46,073 bases of DNA from Lentisphaeria bacterium (GCA_041690595.1 JAWLHB010000056.1:1-46073), one strand, 5' to 3'. Shown: positions 36,667 through 45,777, counted from the stretch's first letter. Numbers and translations are program-made. Notes: a model not told the origin generated them from the letters alone.

Positions 36667-39116
36667 TTGCTTCCCTCGCTATCGACAGGGGTGCTCAGCT
36701 CGTCCGTAATCTCGCCGCACCCGTACATGGTGCTGCCAAAGTAAGGATTCGCGATCTCCCGTTCAGCTTGCAGCCACATCGCCCCGCGATCATTGAACGC
36801 CATCGGGCATTCCGCCCGGAGAATCAGCCGGTTCAGCTCGCCCCCGAAACGCCGTACCGCTTCCGCAAGGCTCTCCGAAAGCAGCGAGAACCCCTTCCGT
36901 GAAGCCTCGATATCTTCCCCGGCCGCCACCAGCTCCGTCGTCTGCTTCAGCTCCTGCGACACCGTCATCCAGGCCATGTGTGCACCTTCCTCCAGCTCAG
37001 CCATCTCCACCCCCTGCAGCGCCTCGTCCAGAGATCGCGCGGCCGCCACCGCTCCCTCATGATCGTCATCGCTCAGCGCCTTCTGCACGGTAAGGTAATC
37101 GTCGACCAACCGGCTGAATGACGCGGTAAAGCTCGCCGGCAGCCCCTCGAACCCCGTCTCCGCCTCGGCCGTCTCCCCCTCGGCCCGCGGCGCCAGCCGT
37201 TCCCGGATCTCACCGCAACGCAGCATGGAAGCTCCGAAATACGGATTTGCCAGCTCCGGCGAAAGCTGCAGCCAGTCAGCGCCCTTATCATCGAACGCCA
37301 TCGGACAATGCATCACCAGCAGTTCCTCATCGTGACCGCTGCCAAAACGTCTCGCCACCTCGATCATCTCCACCGACACCCCTTCAAAGGCTCCCCTCAC
37401 CTCCTCGATCTCCGCGCCACTCTCCATCGCCGTTGCCCTCTCTTGAAGCACGTTGTGGCTCTTCATCCAGGCGGCCCGCGCATTGTCCGCCAACTGCGCC
37501 GCATCGACCGCCTGCAGATCCTCCCGGAACGCTCCGGCGGCAGCTTTCGCCTCCGCCGCATTGTCCGCTGCCAATGCCTGCTGCATCCGCAGATAACCAT
37601 CGAACAGCCCCTTCAGTTGCACGGCCACCCCCGCGGGAACCTCGAACGCCTCCACCTCCGCCGCCTCGTCCGCCGACGATGGACTCATCATGCTCGGCTT
37701 GGCCTGCAACTGCAGCGCACTGTCGATCTTGAAAGCGCCGTTCGTTACCACGAGGTCACCCTCCTGCAAGCCCGACATGACGATGTAGAAGTCGCCCGCC
37801 CGCGGCCCCAGAACGATCTCGCGCCCCTCGAAGCGACTCGGATCCTCCGCATTCTGCAGGTAAACCACCGCCCGCTTCCCCGTGATCAGCGGCGCCGTGG
37901 CCGGTATCACCAGCGGCACCTCCCGCTCCAGTTCCGCCGGGCTCACATAGCCCAGCTCTTCCGCCTTCTTCAGCGGCATCCCGCAGATCGGGCACTCCCC
38001 CGGTTCGTCCCGAACAATCTCCGGATGCATCGGCCCGATCCACTTGCCCGCCAGCTCCTCGTCGATCACCCGGCCGCTTGACGCCAGCTTTGCCGCCACC
38101 GTCGCCCGCGTGAACATCCCCGGCTTCAGCAATCCAGCTTCATTCGGCACATTCACCCGCACCTTCACCGTCCGCGTCCGCTCCGTCAGGATCGGATCGA
38201 TGAAGGCGATCCGCCCCATGAACGTTCGCCCCGGATACGCCTCCGTCGTAAACTCCACCTCCTGACCATACCGCAGCCATGACAGATCCGACTCGTACGC
38301 ATCCAACTGCACCCACACCTGGCTCAGATCCGCGATCCGGTAGATCGGCGTACCCGTCTGCACGTACTCACCTTCCTGCGCGTTCTTCTGCACCACGATA
38401 CCCCCGACCGGCGCGTTGATCTGGATCTGATCCGAAGCGCTCCCGCGGCTCTCTACCTCCGCGATCTGCTCCGCCGTCAGCCCCCACAGGCGCAGCTTGT
38501 CGCGCGTCGCCTCCAGCGTCGCCCTGGCGCTCTCCAGCACCAGCCGCGATGGGCTCTCCTGCAGCTTCTCCACCGCCTGCTTCGCCTGAAGCAACTCCTC
38601 CTGCGCAGCCAGAATGCTCGGGCTGTACATCATCACCATATGGTCTCCCTTGTTCACGGAGATCCCCGTGTAGTCTACAAAGAGCCTGTCCAGACGGCCG
38701 CCCACCCAGGCCGTAATCGTCGTCAGCCGCGTCTCATCGTAGGTGACCGCCCCCACCATCCGGATCCGCCGCTCTACCAGCCGCCGCTCCACCGGTTCTA
38801 CCCGAATCTGCGCCAGCGCCCGCGCCGACGCCGACAGCTTCAGCTCCCGCGGCCCAAGATCCGTCCCATCATCCCCCTTAAGCGGAATAAGATCCATGCC
38901 GCAGATCGGGCAATCACCAGGCTCCGGCTGGCGAATCTGCGGATGCATCGAACAGGTCCAGATCGTCGCTTCACCGGTCTCCGCCGCCACGGCCGCCCCA
39001 TGCCCCTCATGATCATCACCCCTGCCGCCACCCAGCCAGAGGCCCGCCACGAAGGCAAGTCCAACCGCCAGCGCCATCGCGACCCACGCCATCTTCCTGC
39101 TTCTTGTCATGCTCAT
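36663..39116 (-). CDS. cusB: CusB-type periplasmic adaptor with two heavy-metal-binding domains and two DUF3347-like domains
   Basis: TCSMHPQI...CPICGM and GPMHPEI...CPICGM; MFP core (IADLSQVWV, LKPGMF); two CPMAF..GA.WLQ...NPYFG..M..CG units. Confidence 0.9.
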   Translation of the reverse strand: MSMTRSRKMAWVAMALAVGLAFVAGLWLGGGRGDDHEGHGAAVAAETGEATIWTCSMHPQIRQPEPGDCPICGMDLIPLKGDDGTDLGPRELKLSASARALAQIRVEPVERRLVERRIRMVGAVTYDETRLTTITAWVGGRLDRLFVDYTGISVNKGDHMVMMYSPSILAAQEELLQAKQAVEKLQESPSRLVLESARATLEATRDKLRLWGLTAEQIAEVESRGSASDQIQINAPVGGIVVQKNAQEGEYVQTGTPIYRIADLSQVWVQLDAYESDLSWLRYGQEVEFTTEAYPGRTFMGRIAFIDPILTERTRTVKVRVNVPNEAGLLKPGMFTRATVAAKLASSGRVIDEELAGKWIGPMHPEIVRDEPGECPICGMPLKKAEELGYVSPAELEREVPLVIPATAPLITGKRAVVYLQNAEDPSRFEGREIVLGPRAGDFYIVMSGLQEGDLVVTNGAFKIDSALQLQAKPSMMSPSSADEAAEVEAFEVPAGVAVQLKGLFDGYLRMQQALAADNAAEAKAAAGAFREDLQAVDAAQLADNARAAWMKSHNVLQERATAMESGAEIEEVRGAFEGVSVEMIEVARRFGSGHDEELLVMHCPMAFDDKGADWLQLSPELANPYFGASMLRCGEIRERLAPRAEGETAEAETGFEGLPASFTASFSRLVDDYLTVQKALSDDDHEGAVAAARSLDEALQGVEMAELEEGAHMAWMTVSQELKQTTELVAAGEDIEASRKGFSLLSESLAEAVRRFGGELNRLILRAECPMAFNDRGAMWLQAEREIANPYFGSTMYGCGEITDELSTPVDSEGSK

Positions 39117-40735
39117 TGTTCCTGCTCTCCCGAGGCATCCTGATTCATCGTCTCGTTCTCCGCGTGTGTCGGTAACTGGAAAGGCTCCCGCGGCAGGTTC
39201 CCACCCGCCAACTGCTCCAGCCGAGCCTGGCTGGTGCGAAACTCACGCCACGCCCGCTGCTCTTCCAGCCGGAAGTTCAGCAAGGTGCGCTGCGTGTCCA
39301 GAAAGGTCAGAAAATCCGTCTCCCCCGCGCGATAGCTCGAGCCCGCCGCTTCCAGCGACTGCTCCGCCTGCGGCAGCAGCGACTGCTGATACAGCGCGAT
39401 GCTGCGCCGCGCCGTCGTCATCCCGAAATGCTCCTGCTTGACCATCGCCCGAGTCCGGTCCTCCATCGCCCGCAGCATGCTCTCCATCGCCTCGACCCGG
39501 CTCCGGATCTCCTGAATATAGGCGTTGCGCTGGCCGAACCGTGCACTCGCCGATGCATCCAGATCGCGCCGGGTCATGAACGAAGCTCCTCCTTCGTCTC
39601 CCATCGCCTCTGCCGCCCCGTCACCCCCCATGCGATTCTCGAAGTAGCTGTACCCCATCGACGCATCCGGATTCGTCATCCGCGTGTCCAGCTCGATCAT
39701 CGTGCGCATCCGGTCGATCCGCAGCCGCTCCTGCTGCAGCTCCTGCCGCTCCTCCAGCGCAATCTCATAAATTCGCGACAGCTCAGGCACAAGATTCTCG
39801 TCCTCGATCGGCTGGGGCGGGCCAAGCGGCGCTTCCGCTTTCCGGCTCAGCATCGTATTGATCCGCGTCTTCACCGTCTCCCGCTGCTCTTCCAGCGTGA
39901 TGATCGCATCCGCCAGCTTCGACAACTCCACCTGCGCCATGATGACCGCATTGTATTTTGCCGTCCCCGCCCGGATCTTCGCCTGCGCCACCTCGATCAT
40001 CTGTTGCAGAAGCTGCTGGTTCTCCCGGTTCACCGCGATCGCGTCGTTCACGAAGAGATACGTATGATAGCTCTCCCGCATCGCCGTTCGCGCATCGCGC
40101 AGCGCGATCTGTGCCTCACGCTCCGCAATCTCCACATCCGCCGTCACGATCTCACCCTTCAGCGCCAGCGTATCCGGAAAGGGAAACTGCATCGCCATCA
40201 TCTCTTTCTGCCGCTGCGGCCCCACCTTCGTATCCAGCTGCTTCGTGAACGCATTGTACTGCCGCAGAATGTCCTCCAGATACGCCGCCTGCGGATACTG
40301 CTCCAGCGTCGCCCGAAGCTCTTCAGTCGCCGCGATCACTGCCGGATTCAGCTCCGGCACCAGCCCCAGCAACAACTCCAGCTCGACCTCCTTCGCCAGC
40401 TTCGCATCCAACTCCGGCGACTTCGCCAACTCTGCGTACGCATTGCTCTCCGGCGCGCCATCTCCGCTATCCGCCAGCCGCGCCTCCCACCGCCGCTTCG
40501 ACTCCAGCAGCGTCGATTCGATCTCCTCCAGGAACGGCTGTGTCTGCCGGGCCTCCTCATCTTCCCGTGGTCCGGCCGGTCGTGTTTCATGCGCCGCGTA
40601 ACCGCTCACCTGGTTCAACTCGAAATCGTCCACCAGCTCCCGATACGTGCCGCTGCTGGCGCAGCCCGCCAGCAACAGGAACCCCGGTACCAGCCCCAGC
40701 AGAGCACCCCTGGTCAGCTTGATGATCGTGCTCAT
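39113..40735 (-). CDS. TolC-family outer membrane factor (lipoprotein, Met-rich)
   Basis: Start MSTIIK with ATGA overlap; lipobox LAG-C; Q.FPFP..L..K; Y.AG..DFL..LD.QR. Confidence 0.85.
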   Translation of the reverse strand: MSTIIKLTRGALLGLVPGFLLLAGCASSGTYRELVDDFELNQVSGYAAHETRPAGPREDEEARQTQPFLEEIESTLLESKRRWEARLADSGDGAPESNAYAELAKSPELDAKLAKEVELELLLGLVPELNPAVIAATEELRATLEQYPQAAYLEDILRQYNAFTKQLDTKVGPQRQKEMMAMQFPFPDTLALKGEIVTADVEIAEREAQIALRDARTAMRESYHTYLFVNDAIAVNRENQQLLQQMIEVAQAKIRAGTAKYNAVIMAQVELSKLADAIITLEEQRETVKTRINTMLSRKAEAPLGPPQPIEDENLVPELSRIYEIALEERQELQQERLRIDRMRTMIELDTRMTNPDASMGYSYFENRMGGDGAAEAMGDEGGASFMTRRDLDASASARFGQRNAYIQEIRSRVEAMESMLRAMEDRTRAMVKQEHFGMTTARRSIALYQQSLLPQAEQSLEAAGSSYRAGETDFLTFLDTQRTLLNFRLEEQRAWREFRTSQARLEQLAGGNLPREPFQLPTHAENETMNQDASGEQEQ

Positions 40736-42039
40736 GGTTTCCTCTCCGCCGCCGCGGGAGCCACCGCCGCGGGAACTGCCCCGCCAAGCAACCGCTCCAG
40801 CCGCGCCTTGTATTGCTGGTAATCCGTCACCGCCCGAAGACGCGCCAGGTTGAAGTTCAGCCACACCCCCTGCGTCTCCAGAAAACCGCTCAAGTCCCCC
40901 TCCTTGCCCTCGCTCACCTGCTCCGCCACCTCCATCGCCGCCTGCGCCTGCGGGATCAGGCTCTTCTCGTAAAGCTCGATCAGGCGACGCGAATTCTCCA
41001 GCCGAAAATACGTTCCCTTCACCATCCCCCGCGTCTCGCTCTCCATGTTCCGCAGCTCCTGCGTGGCCGCCTCATGCATGTACTCCGCTTCCCGCACCCG
41101 GCTCCGGTTGCGATCCAACCATAGCGGAATCGTCAGCCCGACCTCCACCCGCCAGGGATCCTCGTCCGCCATCCCCGACTCACGATTCAGCATCCGCATC
41201 CCCGTCACCGTGAACATCGGCCGATTCGCCAGCTTCGCCATCCGGATCCCCTCCGCCCGTTCCGACTCCCGGGCAGCCGCCGCCCGCAGCTCCTCTCGAT
41301 TGCTCAGCGCGATCTGCTCCAGCTCGTCGATCGACAGCGTCACCATCTCCAGCCGTGGGCTACGGGCCTTCCCGTATCCTTGCGATGAAGGAAGGGCCAA
41401 CAACGCATTCAGATTCGCCATCTCCACCTCCTCCAACTCGCGCAGCAGAATCATGTCATACCCCAGCTGCGCCACCTGGCTCTGCGCGCGCAGAAGGTCG
41501 TTCAGCCTCGCCCTCCCATCCGCGTAACGCGTCGTTGTCGCCCGCAGAATATGCTCCAGCAGCTCCTGATTCTGACGCGTGATCTCCATCGCCCCGCGCA
41601 GGTAGAGCAGCTCCTGGTAGCTCACCTTCAGATCCACGATCAAGTCCCGAATCGCCTGATCGTACTGCGCATGCCGCATCCGCACCCGCTCCGCTGCCAC
41701 CCGCCCCGCCTGATTCAGCGTCCCCGGCCACGGAAAGCTCTGCGAAACCTCGAAAGCATACTCCTCCCGCCCCAGCCGCGACTCCACCATCACCATCGGA
41801 TCCGGCAACGACTTCGCCTGCGGAATCTCTTCGATCGTCGCCCGCCACTCCGCCCGCGCCGCCTTTACCCGCGGACTCCGCTCCAGACCCACCCGAATCA
41901 GACTCGGCAGATCCACATGCTCCGCCAGCGCCTCGGGCGTAGCCGGCCCAGCTGCCCCCTCGTCGACCTGCTCCGCCCCTCTTGCCAGGACGGCGCTGGT
42001 CATGATCGCGACCATGATGATCTGGTAGACGTGCCTCAT
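40732..42039 (-). CDS. TolC-family outer membrane factor
   Basis: Signal peptide; SLPDP, SQSFPWPG.L, GLTIPLW; coiled-coil helices. Confidence 0.85.
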   Translation of the reverse strand: MRHVYQIIMVAIMTSAVLARGAEQVDEGAAGPATPEALAEHVDLPSLIRVGLERSPRVKAARAEWRATIEEIPQAKSLPDPMVMVESRLGREEYAFEVSQSFPWPGTLNQAGRVAAERVRMRHAQYDQAIRDLIVDLKVSYQELLYLRGAMEITRQNQELLEHILRATTTRYADGRARLNDLLRAQSQVAQLGYDMILLRELEEVEMANLNALLALPSSQGYGKARSPRLEMVTLSIDELEQIALSNREELRAAAARESERAEGIRMAKLANRPMFTVTGMRMLNRESGMADEDPWRVEVGLTIPLWLDRNRSRVREAEYMHEAATQELRNMESETRGMVKGTYFRLENSRRLIELYEKSLIPQAQAAMEVAEQVSEGKEGDLSGFLETQGVWLNFNLARLRAVTDYQQYKARLERLLGGAVPAAVAPAAAERKP

Positions 42040-42057
42040 GCTATCCTCGTGGTAAAT

Positions 42058-42099
42058 GGCGGCGACAGGAGACCGGGGGAGGGCCTGCCTGCCGCCGCC
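42058..42099 (-). other. Intercistronic stem-loop between the YHS gene and the first tolC
   Basis: On the mRNA strand GGCGGCGGCAGG pairs with CCUGUCGCCGCC (12 bp, one G-U). Confidence 0.55.
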
Positions 42100-42105
42100 C
42101 GCGAA

Positions 42106-42609
42106 TCAGTGGTTGTGACTGCCTTCGTGCTTCTTATGGCTCCCCTCGGCCTTCTTCTCGCTCTTCGCTTCAGTCTTCTTCTCGGCCTTCGCCGCCTGCT
42201 CCGCCGCGACCGCCTTCATGTACTTCTCCGGATCCTTCTCGAAGGTGCTCACGCACTTCTTGCAGCAGAGATTGATCGTCTTGCCATCGTGGGTGACCGT
42301 GACCGCCTTGTCGATCGGCTCGCCGCTCACCGGGCAGGTCGCCTGCAGCCGCTCGACCTCGATCCCCTTCGCCTTCATCTCGGCCAGCTTCGCCTTGGCA
42401 TCCGCCAGAAACGCCTTGTCGCAACCCGGGCAGCAGAAGTAAATCCGCTGACCTTCGTAATCGACATACACATCCTTATTGATCGCACCCCCGCGTATCG
42501 GACAGTGCGTCTGTGCCTTCAGCTCCGTTGCCGCCTCCTTATCCGCGGCATGAACAGATCCGCCCACCAAGGCGATCAGCAGTGTGAGAAAAAATGTGAA
42601 CCTCTGCAT
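42106..42609 (-). CDS. Exported double YHS/TRASH-like metal-binding protein with a His-rich tail
   Basis: RBS AAGGAG; signal peptide ending VHA-A; CP..G.....YEG..IYFCCPGC and CPVSG.....HDG..INLCCKKC; tail HKKHEGSHNH. Confidence 0.85.
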   Translation of the reverse strand: MQRFTFFLTLLIALVGGSVHAADKEAATELKAQTHCPIRGGAINKDVYVDYEGQRIYFCCPGCDKAFLADAKAKLAEMKAKGIEVERLQATCPVSGEPIDKAVTVTHDGKTINLCCKKCVSTFEKDPEKYMKAVAAEQAAKAEKKTEAKSEKKAEGSHKKHEGSHNH

Positions 42610-42681
42610 GGAATGACTCCTTCTTCTGTGCTCGTTACCGTGATCCTGAAAGACTTTCGCTTTCATCGTAACAGCCTTTTC

Positions 42682-42697
42682 AGCAGCAAGCATGCCA
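42682..42697 (-). promoter_or_regulatory. Sigma54 (-24/-12) promoter TGGCAT-GCTTG-CTGCT
   Basis: Matches TGGCAC-N5-TTGC(A/T) with exact GG/GC spacing, ~70 bp upstream of the operon's first ATG. A second overlapping register (TGGCAT-TTGGC-ATGCT, 42689-42704) also fits. Confidence 0.7.
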
Positions 42698-42796
42698 AAT
42701 GCCAGCGCCGCCACGCACTCCACCTCAAATTCACCGTCATGGAACCTTCTATCGTCCTATATTAGCCCATCGAGTCGGTACATACCATACCACCAA

Positions 42797-42813
42797 TGGA
42801 AAGAACCTTTCCA
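42797..42813. promoter_or_regulatory. Perfect inverted repeat TGGAAAG-AAC-CTTTCCA, candidate upstream activator site
   Basis: 7-3-7 palindrome ~100 bp upstream of the -24 element. Confidence 0.5.
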
Positions 42814-42888
42814 CTAACTCAACGCAGGAGGCGGCCCCGTTCGGCCGTTGCCCAACCGCCCCGCGCGATGCTCTCCAATTGTCCAGAG

Positions 42889-43002
42889 TCCCCCGACGCA
42901 CAAAAACATCGGTCGAAAGGTCGGTCCTCGCCTGCCCATTGCCCGGTTTCTCCGACTGCAAGATCCCCCGACGCACAAAAACATCGGTCGAAAGGTCGGT
43001 CC
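42889..43002. repeat. Two identical 39-bp direct repeats separated by 36 bp
   Basis: TCCCCCGACGCACAAAAACATCGGTCGAAAGGTCGGTCC at 42889-42927 and 42964-43002; partial degenerate copy near 43075-43092. Confidence 0.92.
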
Positions 43003-43157
43003 GTCGGTGCCATCCGCCCATGTCCGTTTCGTCCGCTTTGTCTGTTTTTGCCCGCGCTGGGGACAGCCACTCGGCCAAAACCTCGGTCGATATTCCACAA
43101 AGCATCTTCTGCGCCCCCCACCTTCAAATCTCCTATAACCCAAAGCAGCATGCATAA

Positions 43158-43185
43158 AATATAGCATGAATAACTTAAACGTCAA
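43158..43185 (-). promoter_or_regulatory. Possible sigma70 promoter TTGACG-N16-TATATT with extended -10 TG
   Basis: Minus strand reads ttgacg tttaagttattcatgc tatatt in an AT-rich patch. Confidence 0.45.
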
Positions 43186-43435
43186 GCGGACGTGAAGGAA
43201 ATAGATACACTGTCTTGGTGACCCTGATAGCATCATATGTTGAAGGATCTGAAGTATCGGCCCCGAGACCGAAAAGCTTTGGTTGCCAGAGGCCGCGCCA
43301 GTTTCCTTCGCGCTCTTCGTGGTGAACCTCTGACCCCATCCTATCCAAATCTTTGCGCTCTCTGCGTTCTTTTTGGTTAATCCTCGGAGCTGCTCTTCAT
43401 AAGCTGCCTGTCCCCGCGCCCTCTCCCATAGACGT

Positions 43436-43647
43436 ATCGAGGGGTCTGGGGAGGTGCGCCTCCCCAGCGGGGCCCGGGGCAGCGCCCCGCCGATCGTCCT
43501 CTTTCACTCCGCCTCTCCGCGTCCTTCCATCCTCAAAGCTTGTCGGGATCTGGAGATCCGATCTCCGGAACCCGACAAGAAGCATCGAGGGGTCTGGGGA
43601 GGTGCTGCCTCCCCAGCGGGGGCCGGGGCAGCGCCCCGCCGATCGTC
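43436..43647. repeat. Pair of ~63-bp REP-like direct repeats with internal hairpins, flanking a separate ~41-bp hairpin
   Basis: ATCGAGGGGTCTGGGGAGG..CCTCCCCAGCGGGG..CGGGGCAGCGCCCCGCCGATCGTC at 43436-43498 and 43584-43647; CTTGTCGGG...CCCGACAAG at 43539-43579. Confidence 0.85.
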
Positions 43648-43675
43648 TCCGCCGCTCGTCCGCCGCTGCGCCGCG

Positions 43676-44686
43676 TCAACCCCTCATCCCAGAGGCCGCC
43701 AGCACGACCTCCTGCACCAGGACATCGTGCTGCCATCCGAAGCGATTTGCCATCGTACCTCGGATACATGCCCCCAGCTCCAGCAGCTGCTCCTCGTACC
43801 GGTCCACTCGACCCTCGAAGTCAACGTCATGCACCCCCGGCGCGTAGCCACCGGCAGCCTCGCCGAGTGTCAGGCGCATCGTCAGCGGCTTCCCGTCGAA
43901 GCGTTCCAGCGGGCAAAGCTCCACGCTCCCCTTTGTGCCGCAGATTTTGAGTCGCCGACCATTCAGGCCGCCGACCTCCAGGCTGCATGCCCGCAGCGTA
44001 ACCGTCGCATGCGGATACTCCAGGATCGACAAGCAGTTGTTCTTGATCGCATCGGGATAACCCGGCCCCGACTTCAGAAAAGGCGTGACCCCTTGCGGCC
44101 GTCCCAGCATCGCCACCACAAAGTCGATGAAGTGGCACCCGAGGTTATACATGATCCCCCCGTTGAGCTTGCCGATATACGCCTGGTAGGGTTCGCCCCC
44201 GTAGTTGTGGCTCATGCTCGCCTGCACCTCGAAGATCTCCCCCAGCCAGCCGTCCCCCACCGCCTTCAGACACCATTGCATCGCCGGATTGTTGCGGAAC
44301 ATGTAGCCGATCTGGTACGGCAGGTTCCGCGCCTCGCATCCTTGGCGGAGCTGCCGGAAGAGCGCCAGATCCTCGCCCCCCGGCTTGTCCATGTGAATGG
44401 CCAGATTCCGTTCCATGCAGCGAAGCGCCGTCGGCACAAGGTCCCCGTTTGCCGTCTCCACGAGCACGGCGTCCAGGCCAGGCGTCCGGAACAGCTCCTC
44501 CTCACTCAGCCAGGCGAGCCCCTCATACGGCCTCACATCCTCCCCCGCGAATCTCGCGGCCGTCGAGCCCCGATCATCCACGACTCCCACGATCTCGAAA
44601 TGCTCCGGCAGTCGGCGCAGAGAGTCCATCTTGGCCGATGCATGTTCATGGCAGATGCCGATCTGCCCGATCTTGATTTTCGTCAT
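43676..44686 (-). CDS. Gfo/Idh/MocA family oxidoreductase
   Basis: Start MTKIKIGQIG..HEH; LDAVLVET, HMDKP, GYMFR.NP, GG.MYNLGCH.ID. Confidence 0.85.
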   Translation of the reverse strand: MTKIKIGQIGICHEHASAKMDSLRRLPEHFEIVGVVDDRGSTAARFAGEDVRPYEGLAWLSEEELFRTPGLDAVLVETANGDLVPTALRCMERNLAIHMDKPGGEDLALFRQLRQGCEARNLPYQIGYMFRNNPAMQWCLKAVGDGWLGEIFEVQASMSHNYGGEPYQAYIGKLNGGIMYNLGCHFIDFVVAMLGRPQGVTPFLKSGPGYPDAIKNNCLSILEYPHATVTLRACSLEVGGLNGRRLKICGTKGSVELCPLERFDGKPLTMRLTLGEAAGGYAPGVHDVDFEGRVDRYEEQLLELGACIRGTMANRFGWQHDVLVQEVVLAASGMRG

Positions 44687-44706
44687 GGCGCCCCTCACTG
44701 GTGTGC

Positions 44707-45777
44707 TCACACAATCCAGGCGAACTGTGGGTTTTGCTTCTTCACCTCCTGCATGATCCGGACCGTCTCGAAGGCATCGCTGTTCCGGACCGGCGACGAA
44801 ATCCCCTTGCGGATCTCGTCGTACAGGTGACATATCAGCTTCCGGTCGATGTATTCCCACATATTCCCGCGCGACTCCACCTTCACCGTCTCGTCCACCC
44901 ACGGAATATCCTTCTCCAGCCGATTCGTGTAGTTCGCCGTCGCAACCTCCACGCTCACCTCCGGCAGCTCGTACGCCGGATCAATGTACCTGACCCGCAG
45001 CTCATCCATCGCCTCGTTGCAGACCAGCGTCCCGCGACTGCCGCAGACCGTGCAGTAAGGCTCCGGCAACGCCACATTGTAGCTGATCTCCAGATCCGCC
45101 ACCCGATTGTCGGCAGCCTTGAGGAGGATCTTCACGTGGTCATCCCCGCTCCCTCCCGCGCTCACGTGCCAGAGCTGACTCCACACCTGCACCGGATGAG
45201 AACCCAGAAGCTGCACCGCGTGATCGATCTCGTGATTCCCCCAGTTGTTCAGCAGTCCGCCCCCGTACTCGAGCAGCGTCTGCCAGTCCGACCGAAAGTA
45301 GTGGCCCCGATGGTGACGGCGCAGCTTCACCAGGTTCACCTCCCCAAGCACCCCGCGGTCGACGATCTCCCGCACCGCCTCGAAGCCCGGCTCGAAGCGC
45401 AGGTTATGCAGCACCGACAGCTTCCCCGGGTACGCCTGGTCAGCCTGCCGCAGCGTCGCCAGCTCCTCGTCCGTGATGGCGATCGGCTTGTCCAGCAGCA
45501 CGTACTTTCCCGCCTCCAGCGCCGCCACCGCATGACGCGTATGATCGAGAGAGAGCGTCGAAATCACCACCAGTTCCATCGCCGGATCCGCCAGAAATGC
45601 CGCCGAATCCGTGTAGACCGAGCATGCATAGCTCTCCTTGGCCGACGCCAGCCGCTTCTCGTCCGTATCGCAGGCAGCCACCAGCTTGAAGCTCTCCTGC
45701 TCCATGGCATAGAACCTTCCGTGCTGCGCCCCCATGCGCCCGAACCCCCAGATGCCGAATCCAATCGTACTCACCAT
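44707..45777 (-). CDS. Gfo/Idh/MocA family oxidoreductase
   Basis: GIWGFGRMG, H...AV.ALEAGKYVLLDKP, HNLRF.P, GGGLLNNWG.H.ID; RBS AAGGAG. Confidence 0.9.
   Translation of the reverse strand: MVSTIGFGIWGFGRMGAQHGRFYAMEQESFKLVAACDTDEKRLASAKESYACSVYTDSAAFLADPAMELVVISTLSLDHTRHAVAALEAGKYVLLDKPIAITDEELATLRQADQAYPGKLSVLHNLRFEPGFEAVREIVDRGVLGEVNLVKLRRHHRGHYFRSDWQTLLEYGGGLLNNWGNHEIDHAVQLLGSHPVQVWSQLWHVSAGGSGDDHVKILLKAADNRVADLEISYNVALPEPYCTVCGSRGTLVCNEAMDELRVRYIDPAYELPEVSVEVATANYTNRLEKDIPWVDETVKVESRGNMWEYIDRKLICHLYDEIRKGISSPVRNSDAFETVRIMQEVKKQNPQFAWIV

Noticed and set aside
42889..43002. Bona fide CRISPR mini-array
   Set aside because: There are only two repeats, no typical repeat terminus and no cas genes, and the repeat shares motifs with the dispersed repeat family. 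It is kept only as a repeat finding.
42699..43847. ORFs of 60-165 aa in the repeat-rich intergenic region
   Set aside because: They are translations of repeats, overlap each other in several frames, and show no coding signature.
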